Under the pieces are notes generated by a model. It ran no database searches and had not been told where the DNA came from. It saw only the letters and a list, made by a program, of their open reading frames with translations. The translations under genes and the position numbers were made by a program. From positions 1,497,885-1,561,884 of the forward strand of contig BFEA01000027.1 in assembly GCA_003427395.1 (NCBI GenBank): a DNA stretch of 64,000 bases, in the 5' to 3' direction. This stretch comes from Chara braunii. Its lineage: Eukaryota; Plantae; Charophyceae. Of the stretch, positions 51,292-61,499 are shown in pieces (the stretch's first letter is position 1; every line of letters starts with the position of its first letter).

Positions 51292-51977
51292 GTAGGAAAA
51301 CTGCTTTGATGTTTGGTTCTTTGAAAAACAGTCCCAGATGTGCATAAAATTCTCTATCTATGTTCCAGATACGCCTCTGAGTGAAGCTCTTTTTGTATCC
51401 GACCTTCCGGTGCGGGATGAGCCACGGGCGTGTGTGCTACTACATGCCAACGTGAGACACTGCTCGCCAAGCATGAATCGGCGTTCTCTGGCAATGCTAC
51501 GTTAGGAGGGGCATTCCATTCCTTCTTTATGAGAAGAGCACAGACAAGCAGAAAAGAGGGAGTGGGAAAGGAGAAAGTAAAGGAAACGAAGTAATAAAAG
51601 AAGGGCACTGGCAGGGGATCCAGCGACGGGCAGTTGGTCTGCCTTGTGGGGAACCATAGGTGATGCTACATGCAGATGCAATGTTGTCTGTTGGATTTGA
51701 ATTGGCAATATCTGGCAATGTGACTGCTGGTGTTGTTCTGCTCCTGCTCGAGAAGAAAAGCAAACACAATCAGAAGGAAGCAAGGAAAGTAATTGGAAGT
51801 GTACAGTCTCTACAGAGTAGTACCGTGAATGAGGGATTTTTGCGGGTGGTGAAAAACTCACTGTGGGTGCTGGAGCATCTGTCTGCATGTGTTCATTGCT
51901 CCCAGCGGGTTGAGATATGGTGTTCCCATTGCTTGGGCCTTGCTGTAGAATAAGAAAGGAAAAACTGCAGTGTACGC

Positions 51978-52358
51978 CTTTTTTTTTTTTTTTTTTTTGA
52001 ACTACTGCTCTACATTCTTCACTCTACCTGCCTACCTACATATATGTCCACTTTTGCCAGGGGATGCTCAAGGTTATGGGTTGAGTTGCCAGCCTTCGCA
52101 TCCTATTCTGCTCTATGCGGGGAGCATAACCCCGCCTCCTAACACCTGGCATGAGCTGGAAAGCCACACAACTTCCACAACCAGCCAGGAGGCCCAAGCC
52201 AAATATCTCTGCTGGTGAACCCGAAGGGCATCACAGGGGGCCGTGTGGGATTGAATGGGCGACGTGGGGGATCGAACCCACGACCTCCTGAATGCCACGT
52301 ACGTAACTGAGCTAGCCCACTTGGGCTTACGTGCTCAACCAACTGAGCTAGCCCGCTT
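51978..52358 (-). mobile_element. tRNA-derived SINE with poly(A) tail, intronic
   Basis: Minus strand: A box TAGCTCAGTTGG (duplicated), B box GGTTCGATCCC, ~250-nt body, ~21-nt A tail. Confidence 0.75.
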
Positions 52359-52936
52359 GGTTGTCCGCTGTGAAAAAGATTGACCAAGAATGAATTTGAC
52401 AAAAAATCAATCAAGCTTCGGCCAAGCCTTTTCCCCAACCTTATCGCCTCTGATTCCATGAGGATCTGAACTTGTGGCTTTATGAACCGTTACATGTGTA
52501 TATCATCCAGTTACATGTGTTCCTTTGTCATCTGCTCTTCTCTTACCACTGGCTATCATGTCAATCCAGTCGTGGTCACTGCCTTCTTATGCTCAATTTC
52601 GAATGCTGATAATTTGACTGCAAATGCTGTGTGCGACGTCTGGCAATGTGAATCCATGATGCGTCTAACAGCACAGAAGCAAGCAAGGTACCTTACTTTA
52701 GTGAGTGATAAGGAAATCTATTGGAATTGACCGGTAGTGATTTGGATCCCTTCTGGAGCAGCAAGTCTGGATCTCAGCCTTTTGAGTACAATTGGTGAAG
52801 TAGTAGACATGGTGATTGGAGTATCGCTTAAAAAATAATAACTAATTTTGGTCTCTAGGTGGAGTATCGCTTAAAAAATAATAATTAATTTTGGTCTCTG
52901 TATGTGTCCTGCCGATGTAACAATGCTTCCTTGCAG

Positions 52937-53010
52937 GTGTTTTATGCAATCCGAGGAATTGTGAATGGTATCCTGACATTTGCCCTTGCATGCAATCGAC
53001 ATCGAGTGAG
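52937..53010 (+). CDS. Host gene exon 5
   Basis: VFYAIRGIVNGILTFALACNRHRVS; canonical splice sites. Confidence 0.88.
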
Positions 53011-53244
53011 GTGGGTACATTTTCACCTTTTCTTTATGTTCATATTATTGGACTTTGGATCACCGATAGATTCCATCTGGTGTGGGTGAGTGATAGTCTA
53101 CTTCGATTTTCGTCATAGGTACCTTGAGGGCAGTGGTTGGTGCCCACCTCAGGGTATCAGTTGTCGGGCAGTCGTTGATGCTTAAACCACACCCGGGGTT
53201 AAGGTGGATTATAACTTACAGTGTAATCAGTTGGGGGTTTCAGG

Positions 53245-53300
53245 AGACTGATGAGGGTTCAGCCTCCTGATGAGTCGGTGAAACTCCGACGAAACAGTTT
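53245..53300 (+). ncRNA. Type III hammerhead ribozyme, second copy (cleavage triplet mutated to GAT)
   Basis: AGACTG-AT-GAGGGTTCAGCCTC-CTGATGA-GTCGGTGAAACTCCGAC-GAAA-CAGTTT. Confidence 0.85.
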
Positions 53301-53454
53301 CTCACAGCCCCTCGTTTGTTGTCCTCTTCTCCCTCTCTGCCGATGGTTTACCAGGCAGTTCTGTTTGACGAGACTATTTGTTGAACATCTTGTATGTGAA
53401 TCAGACTTCCTTCAACCTCTTGTACAATTTGCCAATGATGCAGAGTGGCAAAAA

Positions 53455-53528
53455 GACTTCCGTCAAAATTTTGCGATATAGAGAAGATCAGCATGGCCCG
53501 TATGCAAGGATGACACGCATAAATCGAG
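53455..53528 (+). pseudogene. U6: Diverged U6 retrocopy, intronic
   Basis: GATATAGAGAAGATCAGCATGGCCCGTATGCAAGGATGACACGCATAAATCGAG. Confidence 0.88.
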
Positions 53529-53802
53529 GGGGGGGGGGAAAGAAACGTCGCAATTATACCTCATCGTGGCTGAGCGTGCTCTGGAAGTGGTTGCTCTCTT
53601 ATATGGCACTATGCACACTAATATAGGGTTTACTTGTAGATAGATTTATTAAACCACCACGGCCGGAAGTTATTTTGCTGAACCTGTTGGGTTTCCCCCG
53701 ACCGTGGAGCACTGAGCCTGTCGGCTTGGGCCTACCAGGTTACAGCCTTTAGGGGAATGTTTTTGCGTACTTTCCTGCCAGGCTTCTTTTTCCTGGCATC
53801 CC

Positions 53803-53833
<31 letters not shown>

Positions 53834-54118
53834 CCTCTTTCCTGTACTGCTGTCCTGATCTGCAGCTCTGCAGTCAACCTATGATCCTGAGTTTTTTCAG
53901 ACTTTTTCATCACAATTGATGAGACTGTCAACACTCAAATCGCCCTGCCATTCCCCCAACAGTCAGTGGGCTGATCCTTGGCCAGTGCGTATACCACCGC
54001 AGGCTTCTGTCAATGTGAGGGCCGGCGGTGGAGATGTCTTGTGCATCCCTTGTGTACATAGTCTAGCTCACAGGATATGAAAAGGAGCATCATTGTATAT
54101 TTGTGATGTATCTTGCGC

Positions 54119-54227
54119 TACGATCTTCCCCCGAATGCAATGCACCCTGATCTTTGATGTATGCAAGTTGGTTGTCCGGCCTCATACGGGCATGATAAGG
54201 GTGTGTTGTGTCCGGAGGAAGATGGTA
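54119..54227. mobile_element. MITE subfamily A, diverged, intronic
   Basis: TA-CGATCTTCCCCCGAATGCAATGCACCC...GAAGATGG-TA. Confidence 0.8.
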
Positions 54228-55204
54228 GTACTCCAGTCGTGTGTGCTAATCAGACTCGTGGTTGTGGACTGCTCTCAGCAGTGCACACGATCTTGTCACT
54301 GACGTTGAGTGGGACAACAAGGGTAACTTAACCCTATGCACCGCCTTAGCCTCCTTTGTATGTTGATATAGACAATGGTCTTTAAGCGAGGTTCGCTGAC
54401 TCTGGCTACTCCCAAATGACCGAGTGATCAAACTTTGCCTTGTGATCTCATAATGTCACAACACCGTAAAATTACGGTTGTTGTATTGCTGAATATAGTA
54501 AATATACTCTTCGTTATTCCCACACTCTACAAATCGCTAATGTGAGAATCTGCCATCCAGGCTGTCCACGGTCCTACCAGGCCATCCGTGGTCAGATCCG
54601 GCCGTTCGTGGTCCCACCGCGCTGTGCTTGGTCCTACCGGGCCGATGGCCCTGGTCGTTTCTCAAAATTTGAAGATAGTGCGATGATACCGGGCCATGGC
54701 GAGGAATGTCATGCGATCTTAAGATTTTAAGATCGTGTGACTATTCCAGCCACCATCCCGTTACTACTGGGCCAACAGCCCAAACTAAAATTTAACAGCC
54801 CAAAGGAATGTCTGGAGCGGTCCCCTGAAGATAGGGTCCGCCAGGCCCAAGGAAAAACTGGTTCCCGTCCGCCAAGATCTTTGACGGCACAGCAACAAAC
54901 ATGTCTGGCGGCACAGTTGTACTTCTTTTGTGGAGTGGTGTATAGCGACCAAGATAAGACAACATGCACTCACACAGATACGGGCATGCATGCATGCACA
55001 TATGCACACTCAAACACACACACACGCATGCTTGCAAATGCATCTGGGAAGATTGTCAGGGACTCAGGGTGCAACCCGCTGGTAAGTAGCTGAAGTCCAA
55101 CGAAACAGTCTGTAACAGTTATGCTTGTTTTTGGGGAGTTGTGCATAGCTAACATGACAACACACGCACACACCATGTGTGGGGCTGTGTGTGTGTATGT
55201 GTGT

Positions 55205-55260
<56 letters not shown>

Positions 55261-55311
55261 NNNNNNNNNNNNNNNNNNNNNNNNNNNNNNNNNNNNNNNN
55301 NNNNNNNNNNN

Positions 55312-55376
<65 letters not shown>

Positions 55377-55495
55377 TAGCAAAGCCGCAACAGGTCATCT
55401 AGTGCCATTTGAAATACAGTCATTCCTGGAGTCTGAGGCATGTTTTGACTCTTGGTGATTGGAACTTGTAATCTCTCTCTAATTGGCATCTACAG

Positions 55496-55673
55496 CATAT
55501 ATAACTACGTGGTGATGAAGTGGCAGTCACTGGAGGAGTGCATGGTAATGACAGTCAATCCAAAGCCTTTGAAACAAGAAACTGGACTGATGAAGAGAGC
55601 TGCCGATCCTCCCAGCCGAATTCAGCAGGCAGCACTGCGTCAAGCGGAGCATATTCGTTCTCAAAGCCCCCAG
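55496..55673 (+). CDS. Host gene exon 6
   Basis: Continues S-IYNY; TACAG acceptor and CAG/GTGAGG donor. Confidence 0.8.
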
Positions 55674-56187
55674 GTGAGGCATCTAATAAGAGGCTTCATG
55701 TGTTCGTCTGACAGAAATGTTGATCTGGTTTCTAAGAACTCTTTTTTTTTTATCAGCATTAGAACCTGTTTCTGTGTGCGCGCTTGCTTGAGAGAGAAAA
55801 AATGGCTGGTAAATGTCATTGAATGAAAAAGATCTACAAAGGTAAAACCGTAAAACTGGCTGCAAATGTTACTAGGCCTGTGAATATCTTACTGCCTGCA
55901 TGTGTGGTTTGGATAGTACCAAGTGATAATCGATGTTATCAAGTGCAGAACTTTGCCGTCCTCCAGACCCCTGGATGGAAGAACTTTATTTGAAATCAAA
56001 GTTAAGTTAGTCAACTGCTTTCCCCCCCCCCCAAAAAAAAAAAAAAAAAAAAAAAATCCAATACCGGCTCTGAATTTTTCTCTGACATAATTAGTTGTAA
56101 GTTGTAACACTTTTCGCTGACGTGTTCTTCTGCTTGTTTTGTTCTGTCGAATGCTCATTGATGTCGCCTGGTCTAATGGTTATGCAG

Positions 56188-56243
56188 TTGAGGATGGCGC
56201 TTCAGGTCGCACCAAGGACAGGCTCTAAGCCTGATTCTGGAAG
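56188..56243 (+). CDS. Host gene exon 7
   Basis: TGCAG acceptor, AAG/GTAGG donor; 56 nt supplies the phase needed to join exon 6 to exon 8. Confidence 0.65.
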
Positions 56244-58537
56244 GTAGGAATCTCTTGAGCGCTGTCTTGTGGTCATGTGTTGGCATGTCTGTTAGAATCC
56301 TGATGCAGTGGTCGCTCAGTTGGAGAACAGTGATGCATGTATGTCACACCTGACATACATGGTATAGAAAACACACGAAATGTGTGTTTGCCTTTTCATT
56401 TTTTCTTTACACACCTTTCATAAATGGAATGTAAATGGCGGCGTACTCGGGCTTGGCTGGTGATTTCTATATGTACATTACTACATTCTTACCACCAACG
56501 ATAATGAGAAAAGCTACGATTTGATTCAGCTAATTTATGAAGATCATCTCTTTTTTTCTAGCAAATCCTTGTTTTTTTTAAGCATCCTGTATTTCAGCAG
56601 ATAAAGATTGATCTAAACTTGATTGCATCAAGATCTGAACTCGTGATTTGTTCATCAAGAGCTGTATGTATGTATAATTCAGCCACAAGGCAGGTACTTG
56701 TCACACGCGTATATTTCCGTGCTGCTTGCACAATGCTCTTTGACGAATTACCTTTAGAATGCCTTTGTGCGAGGATTCGTGTCCTCGGCATGCCGGTGAG
56801 GAGCTCCCCGCTGCAAGCATATTGCCGCCCTAAGTGAAGGCGGGCCCCGTATCTCAGAGAGGCGTGAATATTATTTGCCTGCCTTGGTGGGTGCCAAACA
56901 GTTGCCACGCGCCAGTTTGTTACCTGTGCCCTGCTCGCAAGCATCGGAAGCACCGTGAGCCTTCCAGGCTCTTCCACTCTTGATTTGGAAGCTGGCCTCT
57001 TGGCCAATCAGAAAGCAGGAACACCTCGCTGGGTGCTGGGTGGTTGGCCGCACCTAAGTGCTGCGGGCCCAGGCCACTGTCTAAACAGGCCTGGGTGCAG
57101 ACACTTTGGCCCAACGTGAAGCTACTGGAAGCACGGGCCTCCCAGCCAAACAGCCTGGAGGCCAGGCCGCTTTCCATATAGGAAAGAGCCTGGCCACGAA
57201 GGAGGCATTCGGGCACTTGCGTGCAAGGCGGCAGCGCTGCTGGAGCAATCACTCGCGGCTGCTAGCGCTAAGTGCCTGGTCGAGCGCGGTCGCAGGGAAG
57301 TGGGCATTGTATGGACGCAGCGCCAGAGCTCAGCCTCCATAGCCGGGCTTGAGCTCGAGGGTGATCAGCGGGGTAAGGTGGTGGTCTTCGGGATTTGGGA
57401 AGAAGCTGTGGTAGTAGCCAAGGGTGGGCACTGAGAGAGCGAAGGAGAGAGGTGATGTGATAGCACGTACCTGGTCCTGGCGGAGGTCTGCATGGTCGAC
57501 GTCAGCACATACTTTGGTCGCTGCCGGCTGATGTCAACTGGTCGCTTTGTCATTTCTGTAGGCTAGCGTAGCAGCTGCAGGATCGTAGTCTGGGCGCTGA
57601 GCCCCAGTAGGAGGAAGAGCTTCGACTGTTGGTAGCGAGAGAATGCTTTCATCGGCAATTGAGTTTGCTGCTTTGGTTCTCCTTTGGTGTGATATCAAAG
57701 GACTTTCTGGAGAACCAAAGGAGAACCAAAGCAGAAATTGCATTTCTGCTTTCCGGAAAGCTTACGACTATCTGACTTTCAATGTGATGTAATGTAATTC
57801 GGATTCTGTCATTTCGCTATTGCTCATTTTCCTTGCATTTGTAAATCGTGTGCCATGAATGCTGGCTTACATATGCCCTTCAGCCTCCCACCCTTGTTTG
57901 ATGGATGGCTCCGAGCGTGCCTTCGTATAATGGTCATGTATGGCTCAGTCTGGAAGGGGGTACCGGGCCCGAAACGACAGGTTAACATTTTTGGTTGGGC
58001 GTCTGGGACCCAGGGACTTCTGACAAAAAAAAAATCATTGGCTGAGGATCGTCTCCTGATGTTCCGAAATGGATGCCGAGCCCATACACCCTGATTTGGT
58101 TGGTCCAGATCCGGACATCCTGCGGGTTACCATGATCTGGGTGTTGATAATGTCATGCATCATTTTTTTTTGCTGAAGCCCTCTGATATAGCATGGAGGA
58201 GGTTGAAGAGAGACCTGGTGGGACATGGAGAGAAAACTTAGTTTTTTGGAAAGACAAGGGGATGGCTTGTGGATAGGACAATCCTAACTTCCTAAGTAAT
58301 GTTCAGGAATTGACCTCTGTACAATTTTCTTTTTGGTCGAGTACGATTGTAGGAGTCCAATCTTTGCAACGTTGTGTGCCCTGCTCCAAGTTTATTTTCC
58401 AGGGACATTGGAAATGTAATTGGCTTTTGCGGATTTGGAAATATGGTTGCAAACAACCTAACTGTTTATGTGTGTTTGTGTGCAATTCGCTTTGTTTGCA
58501 TTTGGCATCCTCCTGTGTGGCTGTCATTGCATGTCCA

Positions 58538-58569
<32 letters not shown>

Positions 58570-58634
58570 TGTGGGTGTGCATCCACATGCGTCTGGGTTT
58601 GTGAAAGTGCATGCCGGCATTCGGGTGCATTAGG

Positions 58635-58681
<47 letters not shown>

Positions 58682-58748
58682 GGCGTGTGCCCGTGCGTAC
58701 ACATACATGCATCCATCTGGTTGTCAATCTCCATTTATTGGTATGCAG

Positions 58749-59541
58749 GCGGGTGAATTGTCCAAGTTTTGTCAGTCCTGAGGTAATGAGGCCCTTAAGT
58801 GGTGAAGGACACAGTTTCGGAACTTCTGGTGGCAATGGCAGTGGTGGTGCTAGCAGCGCTAGGCGCTCCCTCGTGTCTGCAAACAGGGCGGCATTAATTG
58901 AGCAGAGTCGGGGCAGTCTATCTGATTGCAGCCCAGTGCGCTCTCGGGCAAATTCCGTTGTGATGACAAAAGCGCGTCTGAGAAGAACAAGGGGTGGCAG
59001 TGATGGTGTGGAGCAGAAGGTTCTTGACACTGTGGCTTTTGATGATCACAGACGACTTGCGCCTTCAGGTTTTGTTATCCCTGAGCGAGTGGGCCGAAGT
59101 GAGCAACCAACACAACCACCCTGGGCATTGGGGATCCCACAACCAGTGCCCTCTAGTCCTAGGAGTTTGTACAGTGATGCAGTGCCAGAGCAACCATCCA
59201 TTCCTGGTGACACTGCATCTCCCTGCTCATCTCGTTCTCGATCACCCTCTTTCTCGTCTGTCTCCTTCTCCTCCCACTTCGCCTCTCCTAATGAGACATC
59301 GTCTTCCTCCTCAACAGGTTCTACGCCAGAGAGGAGACGGCCTTCCATCCCTGCACTGAGATTATCAGTTCCGCATGTGGTGTCAAGGTCGGCGCCTTCC
59401 GTTCCTCAGTCTTTCTCTCGGAGTCAGCCAACTTTCTCTTCTGAACTAGGTTCATCAATGGCATTGAGGACAGCAGCATTTCCGACTAGATACACACCTC
59501 AGACAGCACATATTCACATGAATCCTCTTCATACAACATAA
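58749..59541 (+). CDS. Host gene terminal exon 8 (S/P/R-rich disordered tail)
   Basis: TGCAG acceptor; open frame to TAA at 59541; phase consistent. Confidence 0.75.
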
Positions 59542-60344
59542 GACCATGTGCAACAGTTCTTTAATTGCGCAGCAGAAGTCTTTTACTTGCAGAATGTGGT
59601 CCAAATACCCTCCGTTCCTGTCTCCCTAGCTGTGTGACTCCTCCCTTTGTCCCTCTCTCCCTTGCTTTCTTCTTTTCTTTCCCCCTTCCATGCTCCCTCC
59701 TTTGATCCTTCCCTTGTTCCATTGATCGCTCTTTGTGGTACACATATATTTTCTTGTCTCGTTTCCAAAATGTCCCATCTATATCTCTCACCCTCTCCTA
59801 CACATGCACACGCTTGTGCACGCATACACATCTCCCCNCCTCCAGTCCTTGCCACCNCCCTGTATCCCCCCCCCCCCCCCNCCNCCCCCNGTTCCTTCCG
59901 TTCCTTCCTTCCATGTCGTAGACATATACTCTATCCAGGGTTCTATCACGGAATTCTCTCTCTCTCACGCTCTCTTCGACATGCGCACTCTTGTGCACGC
60001 ACACGCATGGGTGTCAAATTGTCAATGCTGCAGTGTGGTTGCAGATGCGAATGTGTTTTCTGTGTGCATCTCGTGGTGATTCTGTCCGGTTATGTGCTCT
60101 TGTTTTTTCTATTGCAATGAACAATTGTCCTAGCAGTTTTGATCTAATGCTACTGCGGCACACTTGCAGGGGAGTGCTTGTGGGGTTATTTGTATTGTGC
60201 ATTGGTGCTCTTGGATTTTGTGTCGATTGCATTAATGGGAGGTGTATCCAAGGTGTGGTTGCGGGTGCGAACGTGTTGGCCGTGTGCATCTCGTGCTGGC
60301 TGTCTCTCCAGGAATCAGTCATTATTTTCTTGGCACCAAACCAC

Positions 60345-60453
60345 CGCCGTCTTCACCCGAATAGAACACCTGGGCAATATCGCTGCATCTGGGCTGAAAT
60401 TTGCTCCAAGTACAGCTATAATGACTACACGTTCTATTCGGGTGAAGATGGTA
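60345..60453. mobile_element. MITE subfamily B
   Basis: CCGTCTTCACCCGAATAGAAC...GTTCTATTCGGGTGAAGATGG-TA. Confidence 0.82.
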
Positions 60454-60558
60454 CACTCCGGGAATGTGGTTGTGGTTTCATTAAATTTGTTTGTGTTCTG
60501 CGTGGCTGCCTGGGCCTTTGGGGGTATTGTGTATGGAATCTATGGATATGGTCACAAC

Positions 60559-60667
60559 TACCGTCTTCACCCGAATACGACGTACGGTCATTATAGCTGT
60601 TTCTAGACTGAAAGATGCCTCAAATACAACTATGATGACCGTACGTTGTATTCGGGGGAAGAAGGTA
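60559..60667. mobile_element. MITE subfamily B
   Basis: TA-CCGTCTTCACCCGAATACGACGTACGGTCAT TIR pair. Confidence 0.85.
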
Positions 60668-61499
60668 GTGGCTTTTAGTTGGAAGTCTGGGTGGTGATGT
60701 GGTGGTTTGGTTTCTCCTGAGCAAAGCAAGTTCTCTCACAGGATGGGCAGGTTTGCTTATGAGGTGGGTAATGTGTTGTTGATGCTGCATATTCCAGTGT
60801 GAAGCACAAGCTAGATTCTTGATGTGGCTGCACAGGATTAAACCAATAGCTTCTGCTGCATTCCAGCGATGTGGGTGGGAGCAGCAACATCCTTTTCTTT
60901 CGATCTGTGGAAATCAGAACTGCAAGTCTGATGCCGCTTGCTGCAGCTTTAATGTATTATGGTTTGATAGCTGTCACAAGGCTCGATTGACGTGTGATGC
61001 TTCTTCCTACTGTCTTGGCTACCTCGGTTGTGTTGTCAACGACCGCATATGCAGTGTTGTAATGTATCTGGCTCTTGTGTGGATTCTCAGTGCCTTGTTT
61101 GAAGTGGCGGAGGGCTTGTGCAGCGATGGCGAATGGCTAGTGGCGAATCGACATCAAGAAGGATCTCCGTATAGGTGACCGCCGACCAGCCACCTGCATC
61201 AAATGAAGGTTCGACGTTAACATTGAAAGCGCTTGGGCTGGTGAGATTCTGTGGTTTGTGAACAGTTTTGCATTCTAAGTTGGTGTTTGAACATAGGTAT
61301 GGACAAGGAGGGTAGCAGGAGGAATGTCCTCCCTCAACAGTCAAAAGAAGGGCGAGTGGAGTTCGGAACGGGGCGTGTGAGGTGGTGGGTGCACTGCATG
61401 TAGGTAGGACGTGGGGTAATGCTATGGGCCACATGGGTAGTTGGTTTTCTCCGCCAATCTTCCCCTAGTGGTTTATGCTGTGGAAGGGAGTCCTAATCT

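Noticed and set aside
56600-57620. GC-rich intronic block, possible transposase remnant
   Set aside because: No diagnostic motif or termini identified.
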